From assembly GCA_964016885.1 (NCBI GenBank), contig OZ024741.1, positions 342,116,001 through 342,180,000 of the forward strand: a stretch of DNA of 64,000 nucleotides. Reading direction: 5' to 3'. This document shows positions 25,088-39,600 of the stretch, piece after piece. Positions within the stretch are counted from its first letter, which is position 1. Every line of letters starts with the position of its first letter. This DNA comes from Eledone cirrhosa. Lineage: Eukaryota. The notes under the pieces were generated by a model that saw only the letters and a list, made by a program, of their open reading frames with translations, ran no database searches and was not told where the DNA came from. The translations under genes and the position numbers were made by a program.

Positions 25088-25885
25088 CAATTCTCAAATT
25101 CTTCCATTATAGCCTTCAGGACAATAACAAACAGGAAAGGGCTAAGAACAGAGCCCTGATGGAACCCAACATGCATATCAAACTCCTCATTATAATCATT
25201 GTTAATTCTTACCTTGCTGACTGCTCCTCTGTACACAGCTTGTACGACCCTCACAAGCCACTCATTTACCCTTAGTTTTCTAAAAGCCCACCAAATTATG
25301 GAATTGGGGACTCCGGTCAAATGCTTTCTCCAGATCAATAAATACTAAGTAGAGGTGCTTACATTTGGCTAGGTACTTCTCCTATAGTTTCTTCTCAAGG
25401 AAAAGGGTATCAGCAGTACTTTTACCCAGCACAACTCTGAACTGCATCTCATCTAGGTTAATTCAGTCTTTAATCAGCTGTACACTAATTCTTTCTGTAA
25501 CTTTCATGACCTGGTCCATCAACTTGATGCTTCTATAGTTTCCTTGATGATGCTGCTGCTATACCAGTCATTGGGTATGATTCCATTCTGTATTACTTGG
25601 TTTACGATATGGGTGTGGCACACCATCCCAGATGATTTCAGCATCTCAGCCACTATCTCCGATGGTCCAGCTGCTTTACCTGTCTTCATATCCTTAATTA
25701 CCTGACTACACTGCTGTTGACTTGTACTGCTGGTCCATCAGTTGGGTCCACTTAGAGCAGACTATCTTCCTCCCATGTATTCTCCTCATTCAGTAGTCTT
25801 TCATAATGTCACTTCCATAGTACTTTCTTTTCAACATCGATGGGGGGAAAGTGTGCCATTATCATCTTGAACACACTTCTCCCCA
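25088..25885 (-). mobile_element. Internal RTE RT fragment
   Basis: IIWWAFRKLRV..WLVRVVQ...[13 protein letters not shown]. Confidence 0.85.
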
Positions 25886-25906
25886 ATATATATTTACATA
25901 TACATA

Positions 25907-27192
25907 CGAGGTACACTCAAGAGGTTTTGAGCCTTTTATCAGAGAGACATTTATTTAACTCAGATCAACACAAAACTCTAGCCTCCCTCAAAGTAGGATC
26001 CTTCAATTTCAATGCACTTGATGTAGCACTCCAGAAACTTCTGGAAGGCCCCATTATAGTCCTCCAAAGTGAAGGTGTCAAGGGCACTTGTCACAGCCTT
26101 TGTTATCTCCTCCACAGTCTCAAAGCGGATACACCTAAGCTTCTCCTTCAGCTTCGGGAACATCCAGAAGTCACATGAGGCTAAGTCTGGACTGCAGGGA
26201 GGATGAAGGACAGTCTTGATCCTCATATCGGCCAAGTAGTTGGTCACCAGGTTGGATTTGTGGTAGGGGGCATTGTCCTGGTTCAGGTGCCACTGACCAA
26301 ACTTGAAAAGTTCTGGTCTCTCGTGACGAAATCTCTTTCTGAACTGCCTCATAGTACTTTTAACTGTGAATGTAGATAATGCCCTTGCTGTCAAAGAATG
26401 GGATCATCATGAGCTTCACAGTGGAGCTGCTTTGTCTGGCCTTCTTGGGTCTTGGAGAGTCAGAATGTTTCCACTGGGCACTCTGTCTCTTGATCTCTGG
26501 ATCATAACAGTAGACCTAGCTCTCGTCACAGGTTACCAGAAATACAAGGACATTTGGATTCAAAGTGATCCACTCAACCATCTTCTTGCAGTATTCAACA
26601 TGCCTCTGCCTTTGATCTTCATTGAACACTCTGGGAACAAACTTTGCACATATTCAGATTGTCATGAATGACAGTGCACAGTGCCTTCAGTCACTTCAAA
26701 TTGTTTAGCAAGCCTCAGAAGAGATGCATGGCAGTCCTTGTCCAGAAATTTGTGAATTTTGTCAATCAACTTTGGCATTCTGACGTCCCACTCCTTGCCC
26801 ACTTCTCGTTGTCCCTCACCTACTTCCTACCCTCCTGGAACCTCTTGTACCAGTAGAAAAGATTCACCTGGCTCATGAAAGTTAATCCATAAGTGGTTTT
26901 GACCATTTCATAGGTTTCTGCAACATTTTTGAGAGCTTGACATAAAACTTTATTGCATATCGAGCCACCAAGTTGTCCTCATGCCCCAACTGCATTGCAG
27001 AACCAGTCAGTTGTGATAAGACTGGTAGTGTTTATAGTGTTGTAGTGCCCCAAACCTTCAGCCTGGAGAAAAAAAAGATTTGGTATGTTTGCTTATTATA
27101 ATCATATCAAGGATGTGTTAGAGTAACAACTATGCAGGTCAATTAAAAGTGCCTAAAAAGAAAAAGTCTCAAAACTTCTTGAGTGTACCGTG
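25907..27192 (-). mobile_element. Full-length (1286 bp) defective mariner transposon (D,D34D)
   Basis: TIRs cgaggtacactcaagaggttttgag / ctcaaaacttcttgagtgtaccgtg, left TA; transposase NQDNAPYH...HPPCSPDLASCDFWMFPKLK. Confidence 0.92.
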
Positions 27193-27764
27193 TGTGTGTG
27201 TATACATATATATATATATGTATACACACACACACACACATTTATATACAAATCCTCCTCACAACAACAACAACGAACCATAATATGCCATGTGTGTTTG
27301 AATATTTATTTATATATATATATCTTTTTAAATCTTTAAAATTTACACTAACACACACAATGCATTTCCTCTCTTGGTAATGTTGCTACAATAAAAAGTT
27401 GGTTTTTTTCAATCACAAGGTCCTGAATTCTATCCCTACATTTTTCTCTGTAAATAGTTATTCCTCTAAAGTTATTCATACATTTAATCCTGTATGTCAT
27501 TTGTACATATATACTTAACATTTATGTACATTTACATCCTAAAAACAAATTACTAATGTATCATCTGAACATGTTAGTAACCAACATAAGCTATAGGATT
27601 TCTCATATGCAAATCATTAATTTATCAAAACACAAATTCCCAGTTTGTATGATTGTTCATATATCAGGTAATCTCGATATATACAGTATACAAATCGTTG
27701 ACTGCAAAAGTTAAATACTTTGAATGCTATTGCTGTCATTATTGATGGTACAGGTTAACTAATA

Positions 27765-29790
27765 GTAATAATTTTCTACTTTTAGCACAAGGCCAGCAAT
27801 TATCCCAGTGCATTACTGGTACTTTATTTTATCGACCCCCATAAGGATGAAAGACAAAGTTAACCTCGGTGGGATTTGAACTCAAACCGTAAAGGGCCGT
27901 AACTCTGTGCCGCAAAGCATGGCGTCCGACCCTCCACCGATACTGCCAATCCACCGATGTTTACTAATAGTAATAATAACAAACCCTAACCCTATTTAGA
28001 CACAAGGCTAACAATTTTAGGAGAGCGAAGAGCTGATTAAAATCAACCTCAATACTTGACTGGAACTTTATTTTATCAACTCTAGAAGAATGAAAGGCAA
28101 AGCTGACTTTGGCAGGATTTGAACTCAGAATGTAAAAAGGCCGTAACTAAATGATTACTAAAACAGTAACAATAATAATTTCATATATAGGTACAAGGCC
28201 AGAAATTTGGGAGGAAAGAATAAGTCCATTTTAATTGACAACCCCAGCCCTACAGTCCCCCAGGTACTTTACTGGTACTTTATTTTATCAACCCCGGAAG
28301 GACGGAAGGCAAAGTTGACCTCGGTGGGATCACATTCAGTACAAGCAGCAATTTAAAGAGAGGGTATATTAATAATTCTTCCTTTCTAACATTGGTATAA
28401 GGTCAGGAATTTGGGAGATGAAGAAAGCAGATGATTATATTGACTCCAGTACTAAACTGGTACTTTATTTTATCAACCCCGGATGGATGAAAAGTAAAGT
28501 TGACTTCAGCAAGATTTGCACTCAGGACATAAAAGTACTTTAACTAAATGCTGCAAAACATCTTATCTGATGCTCTAACAATTCTGCCAATCCACCATAT
28601 AGAATGAATAAAAGCCAAGACAGCTCCTAAGAGTATAAAGGGAAGAAATTAAATACTGTGAGGGAATGTATTTCATTTCATGCACCACAATCTCTGCCAC
28701 CTTCTGCTTATAAATAATGATTTCTAATCTCAGCACAAGGTCTACAAATTGGGGATTAGACAGGTTATCACTTTATGAGACAAATCAGGTCAGGTGACCA
28801 TATCTTGCTCAAACTCTTTTTGGTTTTGTTTCTATGGTTGGATGCCCTTCTTAACGCCAACCACCTTACAGCATGGACTAGGTGCTTTTTATTGTGGCAC
28901 CAGAACGATTATGACAGGGTGGATTGGGTGCTTTTTATTATGTCACCAGCATGACCACCTTACATGGTGGACAGGGTGCTTTTTATAGTGGCACCAAAAC
29001 AACTATCTGACAGAGTGGACTGGGTGCGTTTTGTCACATCACCAGCACGACCACCTTACAGAGTGGACAGGGTGCTTTTTATTGTGGCACCAAAATGATT
29101 ATCTGACAGGGTGGACTGGGCGCTTGTTCGTCGTGTCACCAGCATGACCACCTTACAGTGTATACTGGGCACTTTTTGTCATGTCACCAGCATGACCACT
29201 GACAGCATGGACTGGGTGGTCTTTATCGTGGAACCAAATGACTATTTGTCAGTGCTTTTTGTTGTGTCACCAGCACAACCACCATTACAAGGTGGACTGG
29301 ATACTTTTGTTGTTGTGGCACCAGCCCTATCATCATACTTAGCTACTACTAGTTCTAATAATAATGATTTCTACCATAGGCACATGGCCAGAAATATTTG
29401 GAGGGTGGAAGGAAGGGGAAAGTTGATTATATCACACCAATTCTGGAATGATAAAAATCAAAGCTGACTTTGGCAGGATTTGAACTCAGAAAGGTAAAGA
29501 ACTGGAATGAATACAGCAAGGTATTTTGACTGATACTCCATCGATTTGGCCAATCTACTGCCCTTTTCAAAAACCAGTAATTTCTTACACATATGCACAA
29601 GGTCAGAACATTTAGGGAGAGGGAAGGGTCAGTTATATTAACCCCAGGACTTGACTGATACATTATTTTATCAACCTCAGAAGGCCTGAAAGTTAAACTT
29701 GACCTCGGTGGGACTTCAAATAAAATCATAACAAGCCACAATGAATACAAGGCATATTGTTCAAAACTAACAATTCTGCCAATCCAAAAT
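27765..29790 (-). mobile_element. Cluster of at least 6 co-oriented tRNA-derived SINEs plus an RTE-derived 48-bp-unit array (28770-29330)
   Basis: Repeated actttattttatc.acccc...gatgaaaggcaaagttgac...gatttgaactcag blocks at ~27.8, 28.05, 28.25, 28.45, 29.45 and 29.65 kb. Confidence 0.85.
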
Positions 29791-29854
29791 ATATTTTCAA
29801 TAAATATAACCACAATCACCCCTCATCAAACACTTGTAGTGTTAGTGTATCTAC

Positions 29855-30144
29855 CAGGGGGCTTCAAATTCAAGGACTGAAAAGGCCATTACATCCTGGG
29901 GAAGAGGCACGGGAGGCCAAAAGTGAGATAAGGTGGGGATGGCTGATTTCCACCAGTTATAATGCTAATCTATAATACAGCTGATAGGTTTCTATATTTG
30001 TTTTCCATCAAAATAAATACACACATGATAGTAAGTGGGATAAGTGAATTAGTACAAAATGGAGGGGAAAAAATTTTCAGTTTCAAAATTCCATTATTAA
30101 TCATGAAAATTATTCTGTTGCGGGCCACGTGTTTGAGGTCCCTG
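29855..30144. mobile_element. hAT-like MITE (partial second copy 32408-32615)
   Basis: Termini cagggggcttcaaa / tttgaggtccctg with subterminal gcgggcca; internal similarity to 32408-32615. Confidence 0.55.
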
Positions 30145-30424
30145 GTATGGCTTCTACAGGACTAGAACTGTTTCATTCAAAGGAAATCATATATATATAT
30201 ATATAATATGGGTATGTGTATCTACATAACATGAGCTTGTATATGTGTGCAAATTGTGTATACATGTGTGTGTATATAACTAATACAGAGAAGGTATTTC
30301 CTTTATGTTTATACATTTAAACTAAAAGTGATTTAAAATTAGAGATGAAGCGACTTCAAAACTTCAATGTTCATCTTGTGCCATCTTTTCTGCTAGCATC
30401 CAGTGGAATCAAGTCAAATTTAGG

Positions 30425-30667
30425 CTATGACATTTTAAGACAAGCAACATGGAAGCTGTCACCTTTATGTTTACTGACCAAGCTAAGTAAGTCTTGCTTC
30501 TTTTGCGGTGCATGTGATGACTCCAGCTCATATAGAGTGCATAGGTTAAACAATATGCCTTCATGAAGGTTGTGCATTGGATCTGATTGAACAAGCTCTT
30601 CCAAAGTGTCTAGGGCATCTTTCAGTTTACCTAAATATAATGATGATACTGCCAGATTGTTCACTGC
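30425..30667 (-). CDS. TRAPPC12: TRAPPC12 last coding exon ([19 protein letters not shown]...HVACLKMS*)
   Basis: TTGCAG acceptor, stop TAG at 30425-30427; closely matches the recalled TRAPPC12 C-terminus. Confidence 0.96.
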   Translation of the reverse strand, partial: AVNNLAVSSLYLGKLKDALDTLEELVQSDPMHNLHEGILFNLCTLYELESSHAPQKKQDLLSLVSKHKGDSFHVACLKMS

Positions 30668-33600
30668 CTGCAAATAAACAAAATAAATAAAATATAATTG
30701 TCTTTTAAAATATATACAAAACCAGGAAGGAAGGAAGAAAGAAAGAAGTGGTGGTGGTAGTAGTAGTAGTAAGACAGCATTAGAAAAACTACTGGAATCT
30801 TTAATGTATAAGCTAAGTTTTCAGTGATGTCTAAATAACTCTAATGTCATGGAACTACTACTACTACTACTACTAGCAGCAGTAGTAGTAAGACAGCATT
30901 AGAAAAACTACTGGAATCTTTAATGTAAAGGCTAAATTCTCAGTGATGTCTAAATAACTGTCATGGAACTACCACAGATATAATAATGTAATAATGAAAT
31001 ATTGTGTAGTGCTCAGGTGCACTACAACTCATCAAAAAGTGTATGTATAGTACATAGGGTAATGTACAAACGTCAGGAAAATGAACAGTGCATGAGTCAT
31101 GATATACACGTGTGCATGTGTATGGAAGGGGTACATCAGGTGTAGTTTTGGCGAATTTCGGGAAGCATGAGGGTTTTAAATCTGCATTTATTTTTGTATC
31201 AAGGTAAAGAAGCCACTCTTCTTTAACCTGTTGACTGTCATATATTTACACAGCTACAGTTGCTGTGTCAGGATTTTTTTTCAGTAAAATGACTATTTTT
31301 TTTAAACAAACATTTATTAACAACACACATAAACACATCAATAAACTAGTAACCCCATCTAGCTTTGAAGTTAGTAACTGTTGGAAACTATTTCATAACT
31401 TTGAAGTTATGAACTCTTGGAAATGAGTTCAAACATGTTAGGACGAGTTATCTCATCCGTGGCTCTGGAATGCATACATGTTAGGATGAGTTATCTTGTT
31501 TACGGCACTGAAGAGGTTAAATGTTATATTGAAAACATAACTAAGATATCTATTATTTGAGTTAAGAGACAGTTTTGGAAAGCATTCATCATCACCATCA
31601 CTGTTTTACGTCTGTTCTTCCACGCTAGCATGGGTTAGACGGGTTGTCCTGTTGTGGGCAGTGTCCAGTCGGCTAACCATACGGGAACAGGTATTGGCTT
31701 GATTTCTACAGCTGGATACCCTTCCTAACGCCAACCTCATTTATAGTGAGTGCTGGGTGCTTTTTTTACGTGACGCCTACACGTCCACTTTACAGTGTGG
31801 GCTGGGTGCTTTTTTGGCGTGGCACCTCCATGACCACTTTGCAGTGGAATGATAGGGACCACAATCCTATCATCTCATTTCTACAGCTGAGTAAACTGGA
31901 GCATTGTGAAATAAAGTGTCTTGCTCAAGGAAACAACACATCACCCGGTCTGAGAATTGAACTCACAACCTTTTGATTGCAAGCCCAATGCTCTAACCAC
32001 TAAGCCATGCACCTTCATTGTATCAGTATAATAATTTTAGATGATTGGTAAGCCAAACAATGTGTATAACTAAGATATTTTTAATAACCTTCATGAGGCT
32101 TTTTCGAAATTAGAAGATAACATTATCAATACACTTACCACAGGATTGCTGGGGTCTTGTACAACAGCAGACTTGAAATGTTGGAATGCTTCATGAAAGT
32201 TGCTGGTACACAATGCCACAAGTCCCCTAAAACAATGACAAAAGGCAGCTTACATGATTACATGACTAAATAAAACTACAAAAAATAAAATAATAAAATA
32301 AAATGTGGGGATGGGAAGAATTAAAGAAGGTAGGTGTGTGGTAGGACTGTTACCTTTGGCAACTAAACTAAGTAGACAATAATGATCCATTGAGAAAGCC
32401 TCTACACCAGGCGTCTCAAACTCAAAGACTCAAAAGGTCCATTATGTCCTGGGGTGAGGCATAGCAGGCCAAAGATGAGATGATGTGGAGTTGGGGGTGT
32501 GAATTCCACCAGGTATAATGTTAATCTGCAATACAATTGATAGGCTGCTATTTTTTCCCCCATCAAAATAAATACACTTATGATAATAACTGGGATATAT
32601 AAAATACAGTCCAATAACTTCTTTTTGTCAGATCCACAAGAATGTCAGTTACAAAGCTTGGCTAGATGTGGTTCTGCCACAGCTGAACACATTGCTGTCC
32701 TTTTTCATTAAACTCTGCCAAATTCAATGTTGTGCAGGGGTGTTCCAGCAGGGAGCATATCAGGAGGTGCTGCATAGTCTGTGGCTCGATGCTGCAGTCA
32801 CACACAATGTCCCCATCCTTTAAATATCCTCATTTTGCAAGATTGACTTTTGCACATCCAACACCAGATCTTAATCTGTTTAGCCATTTCCACACTGCAT
32901 AGTTTGTATCTGCTCCAGGGGGCAGTGCCTCGCTTGCCTTTAGCTCCATTGTTGTTACAGATGGGAGGTTGTTAAGTTTTTCTTCCCAGCGAGTGTCTCT
33001 TTCCCTACTTATGCTTGATTTTCCATGCCGTGGCCCTGGAAGTATCAACAAGATCAACAAGATATTGCTAATCCTATCACCACCACAAGCAACAGTTATA
33101 AGCTACAAAACAATCCAATAACTGAAAGCAGCGAAAGAATTGATTTGTTATGTGCATGGTGTGTTATGAAAAGTGAACAAGATACAGCTTGAAGCAAGGG
33201 AATTCAAATATTTCTGAATGCATAATAAGAAGAGAAAGGAAAGGAGAGAGAGAGATGATTTTATCAGAACACAATTGAAACAAAAAGCCTTAGTTCTCTT
33301 CATACTGCATGCAAATTATTAAATATTTTCATGAAAGTTGAAAGAATTTCAAAACAACAACAAAAGTAGAAGACAAAGAAGAAGACTAACTTGTTTAAAG
33401 CAATTTTTGCAGCTGTCTGTTTTGTTCCAGGAGTGAGATCTTCAGACTTCTTGAAGTAAATTTCTGCAGTTCCAATATCTCCCATCTAAGAATGAATATG
33501 AACATTTTATATTATATATATATATATGGTGCAAGATATGGAAAATCAAAGATTGAAAGAGAAGAGGAGAGATGGACACACAAGATTCATAAAAACGTAT

Positions 33601-36600
33601 GTGAGTGTATGAGATTATATAATGATCATCATTGTTTTTACATTCGTTTTTCCAAGCTTGCATGGGTTAGAAAGGTCCTTCTCAGCACGGCATCTCTACA
33701 CGTCATGATCCTTTGTCATCTCCTCTGTGAGTTGTAGTGATTTGAGATCAGCTCTCAGAATCTCAACCCAGGTCTTTCTTCGTCTACTTCTACCGCAGCT
33801 TCCTTCTACTGGCATTTCTTAGCACTTCTTCACTCAACGATCATTGTCCACGTGCATTACAAGTCCATACCAATGCAGTCTTCTCTCTTGCACACCACCT
33901 CGGATTCCTCTTAAACCCAGCTTCTTCCTCAACTCATCCAAACTCTGCCTTTCTCTCACACTAACATTGCACATCTAACGGAACATGGTTGCTTCATTTC
34001 TCTCCAGTCTACATAAGTCCTCTGCTGTAACATTACCATGCAGCATCGCACTTCACACACAGGCATCATAGTCATCCTTTTGTACTTAGGGAGAAACCTT
34101 TTGTGGTCAACAGTGGGTGTGGCCCTCTAAACTGTTTCCAACCTATCCTTATTCTAGCTATTTTGCTCTCAGAGTACCATTGCCTAGATAGTAAAATCTA
34201 TTTACTATCACAATTGTGCCAGAGATATCTTTCCATATTTATAATTTATAGTAATTAAACAGTAGAAAATTTAACCTGACAAATACAATTGTATCAAAGA
34301 TATCCTTCCATATCTTTTTCGTAATAAAAATAAAAAATTGAAACATTTCAAATCACTTAAAAAAGTATATAAAATATGTTATTAGATAAAAAGAAAGTTA
34401 TCATTTTTAAAAATATTTAAAACTTAAAATAATTTTGGTGATAATTTTAATAATATTGGTGATGATGATAGTTTTGATTTCTTCTATAATTTTGATTCAA
34501 CAACATTAAAAGTCACTGATTTTTAGTCATCATCAGATATTCCAGTTGCTCTACTGAAACAGCTAAGTGTAGGTGGGGTAAAAGATAGCTAAGTGTAGGT
34601 GGGGTTAAAGACAGCTAAATGTAGGTGGGGTAAAAGACAGTTAAGTGTAGGTGGGGTAAAAGACAGCTAGGTGTAGGCAGGTTAAAAGACAGCTAAGTGT
34701 AGGTGGGGTAAAAGACAGCTAAGTGTAGGTGGGGTAAAAGACAGCTAAGTGTAGGTGGGGTAAAAGACAGCTAGGTGTAGGTAGAGTAAAAGACAGCTAA
34801 GTGTAGGTTGGGTAAAAGACAGGTAAGTGTAGGTTGGGTAAAGACAGCTAAGTGTAGGTGGGGTAAAAGACAGCTAGGTGTAGGTGGGGTAAAAGACAGC
34901 TAGGTGTAGGTGGGGTAAAAGACAGCTAGGTGTAGGTAGGGTAAAAGACAGGTAAGTGTAGGTTGGGTAAAAGACAGGTAAGTGTAGGTTGGGTAAAAGA
35001 CAGGTAAGTGTAGGTTGGGTAAAAGACAGGTAAGTGTAAGTTGGGTAAACGACAGGTAAGTGTAGGTGGGGTAAAAGACAGCTAAGTGTAGGTTGGGTAA
35101 AAGACAGGTAAGTGTATGTGGGGTAAAAGACAGCTAAGTGTAGGTTGGTTAAAAGACAGGTAAGTGTATGTGGGGTAAAAGATATTTTTAAAAAATGAAA
35201 AAGAATTAAAATTTTATAGGCATATACTCACCTGGAGGAATATACGTCCAATACCTGTTAGCAAAGCAGCCTCACTATCAACATCTTTTGTCAGTAATTC
35301 TTGATAGACATCAAGCGCAGCTACATAATCCTAAAGCATGAGAAAGGCATTGGTTAAAAGGACGGAAATATAAATATGTATGTGCTCACATTCAGCAATA
35401 GCGTGCTGGGGGGAGGGGAGGGGGGGGCAGCCATGCGATGACATCTAAACACAGAGTCCCACAGGGTTCTTCATTCAATACGTCTACTAAATGCAGCAAC
35501 CACTTGGATTTCTCAAGTGCTCAGCCCAAATCTAAGCCCACTTTTCCACCCAGATCAAAAGCTTGAGAAATTTATTAATTTGTCTTTAGGCACCCAGACA
35601 AGAAATGTCATGAAGGTCACAAGCCATATGTGGAATCTCGGAGATACTGGTACGGATTTCTCCATTAAACAGAAGATCCTAGAAAGCTCGAGATCCCACA
35701 AAAATGAATTGAGGAAGTATTATTTATGCACAGACGAAAGGTGGGTAATTCTCAAAATCTATCTTCCCATAAGAGATGCTTGAATACCCATTTTGATTTC
35801 TTCAACTGCTGGGCATATGAAACGAAATTCATTTTAAAGAATTGATCAAGGCCGGACTGAGGCTATTGGACACTCATTCTCAAGAACGGTGGACTTCCTT
35901 ACTAGATAAACCACTTACCATAACGCTTATACATTAACCATGTCTCTAATTTTATGAACTGAAGTTAGCCCCTTTATTAATTTATATTGGAACTTCTGGA
36001 ATTCTCACAGTCTTATCCGGCCCTCGCAATTTGGATTTATCCCCAACTCCAGCTGCTGTGATCAACTTATAGAGTTTCTTGAGGACATCACCCAGATCAC
36101 TGATGGCGGCTCATGGGTGGATGTTGTTTACCTTGACTTTGCGAAAGCCTTCAATTCTGTGCCACACAAAAGGCTTATGGCAAAACTCTCTGCAATGGGT
36201 GTGAAGGATGATCTTTTTAACTGGTTGAAGTCCTTCATTCTCAGTCGAAGAGAGGTAGTCACGGTTCTGGGACAGCATTCCTCGCCATATGAGATGTCAT
36301 CTGGTGTACCACAGGGATCTGTTCTTGGCCCCCTTTTGTTTGTGGCATATATTAATGACATAGATGCCAACTTAAAGAATGCCACGGTACTAAAGTACGC
36401 AAATGACATCAAGCTGTACCTTGAGATAAAAAGGACAGATCCTGAACACTATATATCTTGCTTGCAGTCTGACCTGGACACAATGCAACAATGGATCTCA
36501 GACTGGCAACTCAAGCTAGCTGTGGACAAGTGCACCACCATGCATTTTGGGAGTAAAAATCCAGCGTCCACATACTCCTTCCACAGCACTAATATCAAGA

Positions 36601-39600
36601 AGTCTTCTTGTGAACGTGACCTGGGCATTACGGTCAGCAGCGATTTGCATTAGATGAAGCACGTCTCTAAAATTGTCAAGAGGGCTGAGGGTGTCTTAGC
36701 ATCACTCAGCAAGACCTTTGTCAGCCGCTCTCCAGATATCTATTTAAGGCTGTACATGGCTATTGTGCGGCCACACTTAGAATTTGCAACACTAGTCTGG
36801 AACCCCTATCTTGCCCAGAACATTGACCGCCTGGAAACTGTTTAGAGACGTGCAGCCAAGCGAATACCCTCCATCAGGCATCTACCATACTCTGAGCGCC
36901 TTGCTTCCCTGGGCATGGATACATTGAAGCTCCGGCGCCTGACTTGGTAAACACCCACAAAATTGTTAACCATGTTGCCAACAACAACCCTGAGTACCTT
37001 TTCGATTTCCATGTGTCTAACACACGTGGACATGCCCACAAAGTCAGAAAACAGCACAGTTCCCATGATTTTTGGAAACATTTTTTCACGCTCAGAGTTG
37101 CTGAAGCATGGAACAAACTACCTGCATCAGTTGTTAACTGTCGAGACACTGAATCCTTTAAGGCCTCCATGCTTCCCGAGATCCGCCAACACTACAGCTA
37201 ATGTTCCCCCTCCATACACACACACACATGTATATCATGACTCATACACTATTCACTTCCCTGACATTTGTGTATTATTCTATGTACTATACATACATCT
37301 TTGACGAGTTGTAGTGCACCTGAGCACTTTACACAATAATTTCATTATTATTATTTATTATTAGAGTTCTCTCCCTTACTTTATCCAGAATTTTTGTAAT
37401 TTACAGCTTGTTTCGTAAAGACGGCATTAATCGTGGTGATGGTGGTGGTGTAATGGTCTACGTTCGGTCAAATTTTTCGGCAATTCCTTGTGTTGATTTC
37501 AACCAATCGCAGCAAGATGTATTTTTCTGCGATATACGTATGACCATGTCAACACTGCTACTTGGAGTCGTTTACCCACCTACCCCCAAAAAATTACGAT
37601 CAGGACACTCAACTTTGTGATATCCTCAGAGTTGCTGCCAGGAAGACAGCCACTTATGTTTTTATTGCAGGGGACTTCAATCACCCTGAGATTGACTGGG
37701 AAACCTTTCGTTGGCGCAAAGTGCAAATGACTTCCTTGAGCTAGTGCTGGACTCACCTCCCCAACAAGAGGTAACAACCCCTTGGACCTACTCTTCACCA
37801 CTACTCCTGAAACGGTTATTAGTTTAACTACTGAGAAACCTTTAGGTGACTCTGATCATGCTATGACCATTGCCACTCTATCCCTCATGGGCAGTAGGAA
37901 AAACCACAATCATCTCCAAACTGCTCACTTTGCCTGAAATAAAGCAGACTGGAACTGTTACTGCACCGAGTTGCACCGTCCAAACTGGCTTGAGTTCTAC
38001 GACTCTGGCGATGTCAACACTGTACTCCAGAACATCCTGAGCTCAATATGGACAGCATGTGCGGCATGGGTGCCACGTAAGAAGAAAAAATATCCTACAG
38101 CAGTCCGCCTTGCCAGAAAAGAATGTTGTAATGCTGAACGTGAGTACAAACTGCATATCAATAGGAAGAAGCGAAATAAATCATCCAACCATCTCAAACA
38201 AGTGACAAAAAAGGCAGTGCTTCAATTTTGAGCAGCACATAGCAACCAGCCATGACAGTAAGATGTTCTGGAAGTATGTTCACTCAAAGCGAGGCCTCAC
38301 TCTCCAGTTGGTCCTCTTCACAATCCCCACACAAGCCAGGTTACTGATGACCCCAAGGAATGCGCAGAATTCATTGCTGAATGGTATGCAGGCATTTTCA
38401 CTATTGAAGACCAGAGTGTACTGTCTCCACCACCTCTGACATCGAATTCTATTACAACTATGGAATTTACCCCTGCAATGCTGCGACATCACCTTGAAAA
38501 TAAACGCAACCATGCCTCTCCTGGTCTTGATGGTGGGTACTTCCTTCTGCACCAGCTATCACGCTTCTTCCAATTCTGTCTGAACAACGGTGCTACTCCA
38601 GAACAGTGGAAAACTCCAGTGTCATTCTTCTGTTCAAAAAGGGTGACTGCACATCACCTGTGAGTCAGTCTTATTAGCTGCATTACCAAACTGATGGAAT
38701 CTGTGTCAGAGAAACGCTTTGGAACTTCTGGAACTTTTACAGTCTTATCCGGCCCTCGCAATTTTGATTTATCCCCAACTCCAACTGCTGTGATCAACTT
38801 ATAGAGTTTCTTGAAGACATCACCCAGATCACTGATGGCGGCTCATGGGTGGATGTTGTTTACCTTGACTTTGCTAAAGCTTTCAATTCTGTGCCACACA
38901 AAAGGCTTATGGCAAAACTCTCTGCAATGGGTGTGAAGGATGATCTTTTTAACTGGTTGAAGTCCTTCATTCTCAGTCGAAGAGAGGTAGTCATGGTTCT
39001 AGGACAGCATTCCGCACCATATGAGATGTCATCTGGTGTACCACAGGGATCTGTTCTTGGCCCCCTTTTGTTTGTGACATATATTAATGACATAGATGCC
39101 AACTTAAAGAATGCCTCAGTACTAAAATATGCAGATGACATCAAGCTGTACCTTGAGATAAAAATGACAGATCCTGAACACTATAGATCTTGCCTGCAAT
39201 CTGACCTGGACACAATGCAACAATGGATCACAGACAGGCAACTCAAGCTAGCTGTGGACAAGTGTACCACGATGCATTTTGGGAGTAAAAACCCAGCGTC
39301 CATATACTCCCTCCACAACACTAATATCAAGAAATCTTCTTGTGAACGTAACCTGGGCATAACGGTCAGCAGTGATTTGCGTTGGACAAAGCACGTCTCT
39401 AAAATTGTCAAGAAGGCCGAGGGTGTCTTAGCATTACTCAGCAAGACCTTTGTCAGCCACTCTCCAGCTATCTATTTAAAGCTGTATATAGCTATGGTGC
39501 GGCCACATTTAGAATTTGCAACACTAGTCTGGAACCCCTATCTTGCCCAGAACATTGACCGCCTGGAAACTGTTTAGAGACGTGCAGCCAAGCGAATACC

